From Armatimonadota bacterium (lineage in GTDB: Bacteria; Armatimonadota; Zipacnadia; Zipacnadales; UBA5352): DNA of 59,117 nucleotides. This document shows, one piece after another, positions 28,592 to 38,284 of this stretch. The translations under genes were made by a program, and so were the position numbers. How positions within the stretch are numbered: position 1 is the first letter of the stretch; every line of letters starts with the position of its first letter. The notes under the pieces were generated by a model that was not told the DNA's origin, did no database searches, and saw only the letters and a program-made list of their open reading frames with translations. The DNA lies in NCBI GenBank assembly GCA_034722055.1, contig JAYENL010000284.1, forward strand, positions 1-59,117, read 5' to 3'.

Positions 28592-30811
28592 ATGACACTT
28601 ACACGGAGCATGGTGCTCATTGGGGCGATGGCAATGACGAGCACTGCTGGCGCGCAGGAGCCGTGGGAGCTCGCCGAACGCTGGGACCTGGTCCCGACCC
28701 CGCGACAGATCAGCCTGGTTTCGGGCGGCCTGGAGATCGTCGGCTGGCGGATCTTCGTGGCGCCGGGCTCGGCGATGGCCGAAGTGGGAGCAGGGGAGAT
28801 CAACGACCGCGTCGCCGCGCTGGGCGGCGAGGAGCTGGCGGTGGTGAACGAGCTGCCCGTTGAAGGCGGGAAGATCGTCGTTGGCCCATGCGTGGACCCC
28901 ACTGTGGCGGCCGTGGCCCGGGAGCTGGGCGCCACGATTGCGCCAGACGACCCGGGGCCCCAGGGCTACCTCATTGAGTTCGGCGACGTGGAGGGGCGCC
29001 CGATCATTCTCTGCGCCGGATCCGATGAGCTCGGCGCGCTCTACGCCTGCGTCACGCTCCGGCACATGATCCAGGTGCGCGAGAACACGGTTGTCGCCCT
29101 CGCGGGCTCGGTCCGGGACTGGCCGGACTTCCTATGGCGCTGCAACGGGCGCTTGGGCCTCCGCGAGGTCGCCCAGGCCGTCAACAGCGGCGATGCCGGG
29201 CAGGTGGAGGCCGCCATGGAGCGCGCGAAGCAGCAGATCGACTTCTACCTGCGGCACAAGATCAACCACGTTTTCGGGCGCCTGTGGGCCGTTGGCGCTG
29301 ATGATGAGGTGCGGGCGGCTCAGGCGGAGCTGGCCGAGTACGCCGCCGCCCGCGGCATCCACCCGCGCTTCGTCGGCAATACGCAGATCGGCGATTATCT
29401 CTCCGAGGAGCAGCGCGAGCAGGCCCTGCAGGCCCGCCAGAATCGTTTCTACCTGTGGAGCGCGCTCGACGCTCACCGCCAGAAGGCCCGCGACATGGCC
29501 GAGGACCTGGCTCTGGTTGATGCCGGCATGCTGGCGCTGCATCCCATAGATGGTGGCGCCTACACCGACCCTGAGGCGTGGAGCCGCCGGCCCGAGCCGG
29601 ATCGCGAGCGCTACGGCGACGACCGCGCCGCGGCCAGCATTGAGCAGTTCAAGCTCTACTTCGACATCCTCCGCGAGGGCAGCCCCGGCACGCTGCTGGA
29701 GGCGGTCAGCTACCCCTACCACTACCAGTTCGCGCTCCCTGACTTCCCCGAGCGGTTCCAGGAGATGAACGTGTCCCCCTACCGCAACTGGTGGGGCGCC
29801 ATCGAGGACGAGGAGCAGGCCCGGCAGGTCCAGGAGCAGCTCATCAGCTACCACAGCCGGCTCGCGAAGGCCTTCGAGGACGATGTCTTCATCACGTTCC
29901 GCGAGGCCGGTCGCGACGTCTTCCTGGCCTGCGGGCGGGTCTATCCCGGCCACCCGATCTGCATCTGGACCTATCCCGAGACCTACGGTGGCTGGCATGG
30001 CACCTTCTTCCCGCAGGCCCGGTACGCGAAGTCCTTTCTCCGCGAGGATCATGACGACTACTTCTTCGTGGCGGGGGGCCTCGGCAGGGGGCGCGACCAT
30101 CGGGCGCAGTACCTGGCCCACGCGGAGTACCTTTGGGGTGCGGATCGCCCCGACGGCTCGGAGGAGTTCACGGTCAGTTCGCGGCTGTACGAGGTCGGCG
30201 GTCAGGTCACCGACTACCAGCGCGACAGCCTCATTCCGCGGATCGCGAGGCTGCTCTACGGGGGCGCCGCGCCGGAGATGGCGGAGCTGATGGCGGCGAA
30301 CGTCAGCCTCAACTACGTGGCGGACCCGGAGGCGACCACCTCCGCCCGCGGCGAGGACACCGATGACACCTACCGCTGGATGGCGGACCAGGCCGGGCAG
30401 TTCGAGCGCCTCCACCCGCTGTTCGAGGACCTGATGGGCCGGGCCGAGGCCGGTGAGGTCGCCGGCGTGCGCGCCGCTGACATCCGCGATGAGGAGGCCT
30501 GGCCGTGGGTGCTGGCGTTCTACGAGGGGACCGGCATCTGCGCGGCGAAGGCGCGGCTGGAGTCCGACGCCCATCGCTGCCGTGAGTTGCTGGCCGAGGA
30601 CCACATCGACGACGGTGTCGCCCTCGCTCGGCAGGCGCTGGAGGCCATCCCTGAGCTGTCGGCGACGCTGGCGGCCATCAGAGACCGCGTCGAGGCCTGC
30701 GAGGCGGAGCCGGTTTCGCTGGGAGGCGCGCTGACGAGGCTCCGGGAGTTCGATCCGACCTCCTTCGAGGAGGTCTTCGATGAGATCATCGAGCAGGCCG
30801 GGAATCGCTGA
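28592..30811 (+). CDS. secreted protein with GH20/GH84-type zincin-like N-terminal domain
   Basis: Signal peptide; LVPTPRQI...QGYLI...GSD.LGALYA..TL...VRDWPDF..R pattern. Confidence 0.7.
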   Translation: MTLTRSMVLIGAMAMTSTAGAQEPWELAERWDLVPTPRQISLVSGGLEIVGWRIFVAPGSAMAEVGAGEINDRVAALGGEELAVVNELPVEGGKIVVGPCVDPTVAAVARELGATIAPDDPGPQGYLIEFGDVEGRPIILCAGSDELGALYACVTLRHMIQVRENTVVALAGSVRDWPDFLWRCNGRLGLREVAQAVNSGDAGQVEAAMERAKQQIDFYLRHKINHVFGRLWAVGADDEVRAAQAELAEYAAARGIHPRFVGNTQIGDYLSEEQREQALQARQNRFYLWSALDAHRQKARDMAEDLALVDAGMLALHPIDGGAYTDPEAWSRRPEPDRERYGDDRAAASIEQFKLYFDILREGSPGTLLEAVSYPYHYQFALPDFPERFQEMNVSPYRNWWGAIEDEEQARQVQEQLISYHSRLAKAFEDDVFITFREAGRDVFLACGRVYPGHPICIWTYPETYGGWHGTFFPQARYAKSFLREDHDDYFFVAGGLGRGRDHRAQYLAHAEYLWGADRPDGSEEFTVSSRLYEVGGQVTDYQRDSLIPRIARLLYGGAAPEMAELMAANVSLNYVADPEATTSARGEDTDDTYRWMADQAGQFERLHPLFEDLMGRAEAGEVAGVRAADIRDEEAWPWVLAFYEGTGICAAKARLESDAHRCRELLAEDHIDDGVALARQALEAIPELSATLAAIRDRVEACEAEPVSLGGALTRLREFDPTSFEEVFDEIIEQAGNR

Positions 30812-30886
30812 GGGACGGACGGAGACCCGGCACATCCGGGACATCAGAGCGGCGAGGCCCCCCTGCTGTCTGACACGGAATGGAGG

Positions 30887-33800
30887 ATGGCCATGACCCG
30901 CACATTCATCTGCTGCATCGCTTTGGCCGCGCTGCTGGCTGCGTGCCAGGCCGCGCCCAACATCTATCCCGACCCCAGCTTCGAGCGCACCGGCGAGCCG
31001 GGCGTGGCCCGAACCGGCGAGCGGGCCGCGCATCTGCAGGTGGGGGAGGAGCGCCACTGGGCCGGCTTCGGGGGCGCCATCAGTGTCGAGCCCTTCGCCC
31101 GCTACCGACTCACGGAGTGGGTGAGGGCCCGCGTGGGCGAGGGCACCTTCTACGCGCCCTACTGCTACCAGTGGAACTCCTACGAGTGGGCCTTCGTCTC
31201 CAACCACCCCGTCGGAACGATGGATGAGTGGACGCAGGTGGAGGTCACCTTCGTCTCCCCGCACGACACCATGACGGTCCATCCGCTGGCCTACATCGAT
31301 GCCGCCAACTGCGAGGGCTGGGCGGATGACATCGTGGTGGAGAAGATCGCCGAGCCGGAGGAGGTCATCGCCGAGCTGGAGGCCACCGAGCAGCGCTCCG
31401 ACGATCAGAACGAGATCCTGGCGCGGTGGTACGTCCAGCACGGCCAGCTCGATCGCGCGCGGGAGCTGATGGAGGGCAGCAGCGGAGAGAGCAGGGCGGA
31501 CATCGCCACGGTCATCGCTCGCAGCATCGAGCAGCCGTCGCGACGGCAGCCCTACCTGGTCGAGGTCATCGCCCATGGCGGCCCTACCTACTACCAGGGC
31601 GTGCAGACCTTCGGTGAGCTGACCGAGGGTCTGAGCAGGCACGATGTGATCGAGATCCTGGTGCAGGGGGTGGCGCAGAATCCCGGCTCCGAGCGCGCCG
31701 GACGGGCCTTCCGCCTGGTGTTGACTGACCGCCTGCGGCCGGATGAGGAGCTGCTGACGGTCACCGCCATGGCGGATGAGGTTCAGCGCGTCCGGGCGGC
31801 GGTCGAGCGCGCCCTTGAGGCCCTGCCGGACGACAGCGCCGCACAGCAGGAGGTCGAGGTAGCCATGGATGAGCTGGAGGACCTGGAGCAGGAGGTGGCG
31901 CAGCGCCGGGAGGAGCTGGGCGAGTGCGTCGTGCGTCTGGGCGGCGAGGCTATCACCGGCGACACGCACGTCATCGTGGTGCCCGATGAGGCTACCGATC
32001 AGGAGATGTACGCCGCCCGCGACCTGCGCTACCACCTGGAGCTGATCACCGGCGACGAGCTGCCCATCCGCTTCGAGCGCTTCGCGGCAGGCCGCGTACC
32101 GATCTACGTCGGCCGCTGCGATGCACTCGCCGACACCGCAATCGACGCCGACAGCCTGGGCGTGGAGGGCATCCACGTTCTCAGCGACGGGCCGGCGCTG
32201 TACCTGGTCGGGAACAGGCGCGGGGTGCTCTACGCCACCTACGTCTTCCTGGAGGAGTTCCTGGGCTGCCGCTGGTTCACCCCCGAATGCGCCACCTGGC
32301 CGACGGAGGGCGAGATCGAGCTGGCGGCCATCGACCACCGCTACATCCCGCCGCTGGAGTACCGGGCCACGGACTATCCGCGGTGCCGGCCGGCCTCATT
32401 CGCGCTGCGCAACCGGCTCAACGGCCAGCACCACCATCTGTCCGAGGAGCAGGGCGGGAAGATCAACTACCGGGGCTTTGTGCACACCTTCCGCTACCTG
32501 GTGCCGCCGGAGCAGCACTTCGCCGAGCACCCCGAGTACTACTCGGAGATCGACGGCGAGCGCGTCGGCCCTGACCGCACTCAGCTCTGCCTGACGAATC
32601 CCGACGTGCTGGACATCGCCACCGAGACGGTGCGGCGGTGGATCGAGGAGTCGCCGGACGCCGAGATCATCTCGGTGTCGCAGAATGACTGGCACAACTA
32701 CTGCGAGTGCGACAGGTGCTCGGCAGTGGCTGAGCGCGAGGGCAGCCAGGCCGGGCCGCTGCTGCACTTCGTCAACGGCATCGCCGAGCGCATCGAGGAC
32801 GACCACCCTGACGTGGCCATCGACACCCTGGCCTACCAGTATACCCGGAAGCCGCCCGAGCATGTGAGGCCGCGGGACAACGTCATCGTCCGCCTGTGCT
32901 CCATCGAGTGTTGCTTCCTGCACCCGCTGGCGACCGACCCCTACAACGAGAGCTTCGTGGAGGACATCCGCGGCTGGGACGAGATCTGCGATCGGCTCTA
33001 CATCTGGGATTACGTCATCAACTACCGGCACAGCATCTGCCCCTTCCCGAACCTGCGGGTGCTGAAGCCCAACATCAACTTCTTCATCGACCACGGCGTG
33101 AAGGGCATCTACGAGGAGGCCTGCTACTTCACGCGTGGCTCGGAGCTGCAGGAGCTGCGGGGCTACATCCTCGCCAAGACCCTCTGGGACCCCGACTACG
33201 ACACCGACACCGCCATCCGGGAGTTCTGCGACGCCTACTACGGCGACGCCAGCCCCTTCATCCGCCGGTACCTGGACCTGATCCACGATCACGCCCTCAG
33301 CCAGGAGGACCTGCACATCCGCATCTACACGCACCCGCAGAGCTACCTCACCCCGGAGGTGCTGGCTCAGGCCTCGGAGCTGTTCGACCAGGCCGAGGCT
33401 GCCGTGGCCGGCGACGAGGAGGTGCTTCACCGCGTGCAGGTGGCCCGGCTGCCGGTGATGTACGCGCGCATCACGCTCGCCACCAGCGCCGAGTTCCAGC
33501 GCGAGGGCGACCGCCTGATCCAGAGGGGTGACTTCAGCATCGCGGAGCTGGCCGAGCGCTTCGAGCGCATCGCCCGGAAGGAGGGCATCACCCGCGTGGC
33601 CGAGGGCGGCCCCACGCCGAGCCTCGATGAGTGGCTGCAGTCCCTGCCCCGGGAGCCCCGCGCCCTGGAGATCCAGACGCTGCGCAACAGCTCGCTGCAG
33701 GTCGAGGTCCTTCCCGACCTGGGCGGCCGAGTGTGGCGGATGCGGCATGCCCGGTCGGGCCGGGAGCTGCTGTCGCGGGCCGGTGAGGAGGGCGCCTGGC

Positions 33801-34393
33801 AGCCGCGAGACAGCGGTTACGAGGAGTACAGCGGCTCCGGCTACCGGTCGCCAGGCTGGTCGGAGGCCTACGAGGTGGTGGAGGCGGACGAGCGGCAGAT
33901 CACGCTGCAGGCCGGCCTCGACAACGGCCTGCGGCTGACGCGGCGCCTGGAGCTTGACGGGGAGCGGGCCCGCCTGCGCATCACGTCCACGCTCGAGAAC
34001 GTCTCGGGCGGGGATCGCGACGTCTGCCTGCGCGCCCACCCGCAGTTCGCGGTGACCTCGACAGCCGAGGCCAGCGTCCATGTACGCCGGGGCGACGAGT
34101 GGCGCGTCATCGATCTGGCGCGCCCCGATGACCCCACCGGCGAGTTCAACGAGTGGCTGCGCGGCGAGGCCATGCCCGACGGCGCCTGGGCGGTCGTGGA
34201 CTCCTCAGCCGACGTGGCGCTCGCGCAGCACTTCCGGCCCGATGAGGTCAGCCAGTGCCTGCTGAACTGGGATGGCGCGGAGGGTCGCGTCAACCTGGAG
34301 CTTTACTCCGAGCAGCGCACGCTCCAGCCGGGCGAGTCTCTGCAGCTTCACCAGCAGTGGGAGGTGCTCTCTCCGGCCTCCCAGCTCCTGTGA
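30887..34393 (+). CDS. DUF4838 family secreted putative glycoside hydrolase
   Basis: GVLYA.Y.FLE..LGCRW, HTF..LVP...F.EHPEYY, QLCLTNP, SVSQND...CEC, TLAY, LYIWDY; N-terminal CBM-like and C-terminal mutarotase-like regions. Confidence 0.85.
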   Translation: MAMTRTFICCIALAALLAACQAAPNIYPDPSFERTGEPGVARTGERAAHLQVGEERHWAGFGGAISVEPFARYRLTEWVRARVGEGTFYAPYCYQWNSYEWAFVSNHPVGTMDEWTQVEVTFVSPHDTMTVHPLAYIDAANCEGWADDIVVEKIAEPEEVIAELEATEQRSDDQNEILARWYVQHGQLDRARELMEGSSGESRADIATVIARSIEQPSRRQPYLVEVIAHGGPTYYQGVQTFGELTEGLSRHDVIEILVQGVAQNPGSERAGRAFRLVLTDRLRPDEELLTVTAMADEVQRVRAAVERALEALPDDSAAQQEVEVAMDELEDLEQEVAQRREELGECVVRLGGEAITGDTHVIVVPDEATDQEMYAARDLRYHLELITGDELPIRFERFAAGRVPIYVGRCDALADTAIDADSLGVEGIHVLSDGPALYLVGNRRGVLYATYVFLEEFLGCRWFTPECATWPTEGEIELAAIDHRYIPPLEYRATDYPRCRPASFALRNRLNGQHHHLSEEQGGKINYRGFVHTFRYLVPPEQHFAEHPEYYSEIDGERVGPDRTQLCLTNPDVLDIATETVRRWIEESPDAEIISVSQNDWHNYCECDRCSAVAEREGSQAGPLLHFVNGIAERIEDDHPDVAIDTLAYQYTRKPPEHVRPRDNVIVRLCSIECCFLHPLATDPYNESFVEDIRGWDEICDRLYIWDYVINYRHSICPFPNLRVLKPNINFFIDHGVKGIYEEACYFTRGSELQELRGYILAKTLWDPDYDTDTAIREFCDAYYGDASPFIRRYLDLIHDHALSQEDLHIRIYTHPQSYLTPEVLAQASELFDQAEAAVAGDEEVLHRVQVARLPVMYARITLATSAEFQREGDRLIQRGDFSIAELAERFERIARKEGITRVAEGGPTPSLDEWLQSLPREPRALEIQTLRNSSLQVEVLPDLGGRVWRMRHARSGRELLSRAGEEGAWQPRDSGYEEYSGSGYRSPGWSEAYEVVEADERQITLQAGLDNGLRLTRRLELDGERARLRITSTLENVSGGDRDVCLRAHPQFAVTSTAEASVHVRRGDEWRVIDLARPDDPTGEFNEWLRGEAMPDGAWAVVDSSADVALAQHFRPDEVSQCLLNWDGAEGRVNLELYSEQRTLQPGESLQLHQQWEVLSPASQLL

Positions 34394-34419
34394 GGCCAAG
34401 AGAGGCCGCCGGGCGCGCG

Positions 34420-34475
34420 TTAACCTCGGCTTAACACAAGAAGAGGGTTCGCCCGACGCCTGCTCTGGGTATGCT
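34420..34475 (+). promoter_or_regulatory. TTAAC-N6-TTAAC direct repeat plus -10 TATGCT
   Basis: TTAAC at 34420 and 34431 (11-bp period typical of OmpR/PhoB-family boxes); TATGCT at 34470-34475. Confidence 0.45.
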
Positions 34476-34478
34476 CAG

Positions 34479-34599
34479 GTCAGTGAACGGGGGATGGCAA
34501 CCGGAACGACAGACCAGTGCCCCACCTCATGCAGCCTCCTGAGAGAGGGGCGCAGCCCACGTGCGGCCCCGGCCTGATTGGCCGGGGCCGCTCACTGAC
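34479..34599 (+). ncRNA. candidate small RNA (or 27-codon sORF 34494-34577)
   Basis: Own promoter-like elements; ends GTCAGTGA/TCACTGAC are complementary; 12-bp hairpin at 34563-34591. Confidence 0.35.
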
Positions 34600-34610
34600 A
34601 GGACCGCCGT

Positions 34611-34637
34611 GCAGGAATCGCCCCGTCGGCTGCGAAG
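34611..34637 (+). promoter_or_regulatory. sigma-H-like promoter
   Basis: GCAGGA-N17-GAAG. Confidence 0.55.
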
Positions 34638-34676
34638 GGCCTCGCACGCGCCCTACTTCGCCCGCGGGACGTCACC

Positions 34677-35630
34677 ATGCATCGGCTCTGCCGGTCCAGG
34701 TCATCGCTCCCCTCTGTGGTGCTGCTGTGTGCCATGCTGGCCGGGTGCGGCGTGGAGCGTGAGGCCCATGTGCCCGTTGGCCCGTCGTGGCCCGCCTGCT
34801 CGCCCGCCGCAGCCGACAGCGGCCTGAGCCGCGCTGCTGCTCAGGCATCCGTCACGCTCCCGGCGCCCCTGAAGCGGGCGTGCACGTTGGCGGGCGCGGA
34901 ACGCTACTCCGACGCCGAGCGGCACCTTCGCCACTACCTCGGCGGGCCGGGCGAGGCTCGGCCACGGCTGGCGGCCTGCTGCGCCATGCAGTGGCTGTCG
35001 CGGACGCACGAGCGGCCCCGAGTGGCGCTGGCCTTCGATGACTTCCCGTTCACGACCGACTCCGCGCGGGCGCTGCTCGATGTCCTCGACCGCGAGGGCG
35101 TTCGCGCAACCCTCTTCACCATCGGTCGCAAGGTCGGCTCGCGGGCGGAGCTGGTGCGCCGGGCGGCCGCCGCCGGCCACAGCATCCAGAATCACACATT
35201 CTCCCATCCCCGCTGGCGGGAGCCCACGGTCGAGCAGGTGCGCAGCGAGTGCCTGCAGTGCTCAGAGGTCATCGAGCGCGTCATCGGCCGCCGGCCGCTG
35301 CTCCTGCGCTGGCCCGGCGGGCGCTGCAGCGAGAACGTCCAGCAGCAGGCCCATCGCTGCGGGCTGATCTGCATCGACCCCATCGTCACCGAGATCCCCG
35401 ACCTCGGCGCAGACCCCCGGCGCATACGCCGCCTGCCTCGCGCTCGAGCCGGCGCCGGGCAGATCATCGTGTTCCACGACGGCCCCGCGGCCACCCGCCG
35501 CGCGCTGCCAGGCATCATCGCTGACCTCCACCACCACGGCGCGGAGCTGGTGACCGCGCCGGAGCTGCTGGGGCTGGAGCCGCTCGCCGGCCGCGGTCGG
35601 CAGGACTCGGCGGCTGGGCGCGAGAAGTGA
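34677..35630 (+). CDS. polysaccharide deacetylase (CE4), probable lipoprotein
   Basis: Lipobox LAGC; ALAFDD.P, ATLF.IG, NHTFSHP, R.PGG, IVFHD. Confidence 0.85.
   Translation: MHRLCRSRSSLPSVVLLCAMLAGCGVEREAHVPVGPSWPACSPAAADSGLSRAAAQASVTLPAPLKRACTLAGAERYSDAERHLRHYLGGPGEARPRLAACCAMQWLSRTHERPRVALAFDDFPFTTDSARALLDVLDREGVRATLFTIGRKVGSRAELVRRAAAAGHSIQNHTFSHPRWREPTVEQVRSECLQCSEVIERVIGRRPLLLRWPGGRCSENVQQQAHRCGLICIDPIVTEIPDLGADPRRIRRLPRARAGAGQIIVFHDGPAATRRALPGIIADLHHHGAELVTAPELLGLEPLAGRGRQDSAAGREK
35600..35627 (+). promoter_or_regulatory. sigma-H-like promoter
   Basis: GCAGGA-N18-GAAG, 45 bp before the URO-D-like start. Confidence 0.45.
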
Positions 35631-35671
35631 CCGCCTGCCGCACCCACCCGCATCGCTGAGGGAGCGCTCTC

Positions 35672-36733
35672 ATGGCCCTGTCCGACCGCGAGAACTACCT
35701 CCGCACCGCCTCCATGACCGGCGGCGAGTGGATTCCCATGCACATCGTCGTATCCGGCGCCACCTGGGACCAGCTCCGCGAGGACCTGGAGGAGGTCCTG
35801 GTGCACCACCCGCACTTCTTCCCGGACTTCGAGAGGGGCCAGCGCGACTACGACGCCATGCAGTTCCATCCCCAGAGTCGTGCGGGCGGAGAGTTCGTGG
35901 ACAACTACGGATGCGTCTGGCACGGCGAGGTGGACGGGATCGTCGGCATCGTGGACGGGCATCCCCTGGAGGACTGGGACGCCCTCGATGGCTTCGAGAT
36001 GCCCGACCCCCGGACGCAGCTTCCCCTCGGGCCGGTGGACTGGGACCGGATCCGCCAGCAGATGGCCAACAGGAGGCAGCGCGGTGAGCTGCTGTCCGCC
36101 GGCACCGAGCACGGCTTCCTCTTCATGCGCCTCTACTACCTGCGCGGCTTCGAGAACCTCATGCTGGACATGGCCACCGGCGAGCCGCGCCTGCAGCAGC
36201 TCATCGACATGATCGTGGAGTACACCGAGTACCAGGTGCAGCAGTACCTCGACATGGGCGTCGATGTGTTCGGTTTCGCGGAGGACCTGGGAGCCCAGGA
36301 GAAGTCCGTGATAGGCCCGCGAATGTTCGAGCGGTGGATCGCCCCCGCCTACACGCGCTTGATGCAGCCCTGCCGGGAGCAGGGGGTGCACATCCACAAC
36401 CACACCGACGGCTACGTCATGGACATCATCGATCAGCTTATCGACTGCGGGGTCACCATCTGCAACATCCAGGACCTCATTCACGGCGTGGAGACCATAC
36501 GCGACGAGCTCAAGGGCCGCGCCTGCATTGACCTCGACATCGACCGCCAGAGCGTCGTCCCGCACGGGACACCGCAGGAGATTGAGGAGCTCATTGAGTA
36601 CGAGGTGCGCACCCTCGGCTCACCGCGCGGTGGCCTGATGATGACCATCGGCATCTACCCCCCGACTCCGCCTGAGAACATCGACGCGGTGCTCTCGGCC
36701 ATGCGGAAGTACCAGCGGTTCTGGTGGGAGTGA
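35672..36733 (+). CDS. uroporphyrinogen decarboxylase (URO-D/MtaA-like) family protein
   Basis: RENYLR, VDNYGCVW, YLRGFENL..D, EDLG.Q, HTDG, DIDRQ...GTP.EI, P.ENI. Confidence 0.85.
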   Translation: MALSDRENYLRTASMTGGEWIPMHIVVSGATWDQLREDLEEVLVHHPHFFPDFERGQRDYDAMQFHPQSRAGGEFVDNYGCVWHGEVDGIVGIVDGHPLEDWDALDGFEMPDPRTQLPLGPVDWDRIRQQMANRRQRGELLSAGTEHGFLFMRLYYLRGFENLMLDMATGEPRLQQLIDMIVEYTEYQVQQYLDMGVDVFGFAEDLGAQEKSVIGPRMFERWIAPAYTRLMQPCREQGVHIHNHTDGYVMDIIDQLIDCGVTICNIQDLIHGVETIRDELKGRACIDLDIDRQSVVPHGTPQEIEELIEYEVRTLGSPRGGLMMTIGIYPPTPPENIDAVLSAMRKYQRFWWE

Positions 36734-37019
36734 GAGACGCCGGGAGTGGCCGGCTGCCCGCGTGCGCGCGTGGCTCTGGGGCGTCTCGCAATCCTCAGAT
36801 GCCTGCAGCGGCTCCAGGCGGGAGTGATGTGTTGGTCGTTACGCCTACGCCCGCCCCGGGCTGAAACAGCTCCGCCGGGCTATCCACCCGTTGAGCTTAT
36901 CTTGAGCCTGGTACCGGGATTGCATGGGTAGTGTTGAGGGTTTGGTCATCAGAGGGGGCTTGGAGGGGGCGGACCTCAAGTCTTCCTCTGGAAAACAAGA
37001 AAAAAAATCGTCCAAAGGG

Positions 37020-37047
37020 TTGAAATCGTACGGTACTGTGGTATAAT
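37020..37047 (+). promoter_or_regulatory. strong sigma-70 promoter with UP-like A tract
   Basis: TTGAAA-N16-TATAAT with extended TG; AAAACAAGAAAAAAAA upstream. Confidence 0.8.
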
Positions 37048-37115
37048 GCGACTGGCCGCCGGCAGCACTGCTCATCACGCAGTCCCGTGCGAGGGCCGCC
37101 AGGAGGAGGTCCACA

Positions 37116-37316
37116 GTGCAAATCCTACGGCGTCTCGCCGCGCTGTGGTCGGACGAGGAGGCCGTCACCAGCGTCGAGTACGCGCTGCTCCTCGTCACGG
37201 TCGCGCTTGCTGCCGTTGTGGCCTTCGGGCATGCCTCCGAGGAATGCTCCTCGGTGTACAATCGGACGAGCCAGGTCCTTCAGGATGCCATGGGGGCAGG
37301 CTGCTCCAGCGGCTGA
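37116..37316 (+). CDS. Flp family type IVb pilin
   Basis: 66 aa; L..LWSDEEA|VTSVEYALL then hydrophobic helix; AGGAGGAGG RBS, GTG start. Confidence 0.85.
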   Translation: MQILRRLAALWSDEEAVTSVEYALLLVTVALAAVVAFGHASEECSSVYNRTSQVLQDAMGAGCSSG

Positions 37317-37332
37317 TGCGTCCCTCAGCCGC

Positions 37333-38196
37333 TCAGGCCAGGCGGTTGAGCTTCAGTATAATGTCTCCGACCTCCACACGCAGAGATTCTGCGATGCACG
37401 GGCACTTCGCCACGAGCATCAGGAACACCCCCTTGCGGTCGCTGAGCGCCTCGTAGTTCGCCTGGCCCTTCGCTATCGACACGTCGTGGTCCGCGAGCCA
37501 GCGTGCCACCTCCTGGGAGACGTAAGCCGGCGACGTGTCGTCATCGCCGTTGCTGACCTCCAGCAGGCGCACTCCCGGGACCCTGTCGATTCCCGCCTGC
37601 CGCGCATCGCGGGCGGTTGCGTCGTTGATGAACGGCCCGCTCTTGACCACCACCGAGATGCGCGGCGACCACCGTGACGCGATAGTCTCGAGCAGCAGCC
37701 GGTCGAACACGATCTCCCCTGCATTGTCGGCGAACAGCAGCAGCGACTGTGCGGCCCCCAGGCTGCTCTCCAGCTCGTCGAGGTCGTCGATGGCGAACTC
37801 GGCCTCCGCGATGCTCGCCACAGTCGCATCCATGTCGTAGCTCTCGTGCGCCGCCAGGTCGATGAGGTTCCCGGCGATGGATGCCGCCACCGCCATGCGC
37901 AGGGGATCGTCGGCAGCGCTGATCTCCGCCTGCAGGTGCTCGTAGTGCTGCAGCGCCTGCTCGGTGGATCTGCGCTTATCCTCGGCGAAAGGGTCATCCA
38001 CGCCGGTGATCTCGCGGACGGCTCGATGCACGGGCATGCCCAGCTCGATGGGGGTGGCGTCCCAGTCGGCCGCGGCTATGCCGCGCACGACCTCCCGCAG
38101 CACCTGCTCCACCACGTCCTCCGTGGCGCCCGCCGCCCGGGCGGCGCGCAGCGCCTGCTCTTGAAAGCACGGAATGCAGTCCAGGGCCGTCTGCAT
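37333..38196 (-). CDS. ARMT1/DUF89 damage-control phosphatase
   Basis: DCIPCF, GVDDPF, AGNLID, DNAGEIVFD, INDAT, AKGQANYE.L, AKC. Confidence 0.9.
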   Translation of the reverse strand: MQTALDCIPCFQEQALRAARAAGATEDVVEQVLREVVRGIAAADWDATPIELGMPVHRAVREITGVDDPFAEDKRRSTEQALQHYEHLQAEISAADDPLRMAVAASIAGNLIDLAAHESYDMDATVASIAEAEFAIDDLDELESSLGAAQSLLLFADNAGEIVFDRLLLETIASRWSPRISVVVKSGPFINDATARDARQAGIDRVPGVRLLEVSNGDDDTSPAYVSQEVARWLADHDVSIAKGQANYEALSDRKGVFLMLVAKCPCIAESLRVEVGDIILKLNRLA

Positions 38197-38284
38197 GGGG
38201 ACCTCCAGTGTGGCAATGGGTGCAGGGAAGCGCCCGCGGCCGGCATTGCCGCGGGCGCGCTGGTCACTTTCCTGGGCGCGAAGG

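Noticed and set aside
29132..32338. 1068-aa minus-strand ORF, and similar long antisense ORFs (e.g. 26248-28419, 17129-19108, 54284-56146)
   Set aside because: Shadow frames of well-supported genes on the opposite strand, expected in high-GC DNA
37048..37115. c-di-GMP riboswitch upstream of the Flp pilin
   Set aside because: Leader is short and lacks the GGCAAAC..GAAA..GACGCAAA signature
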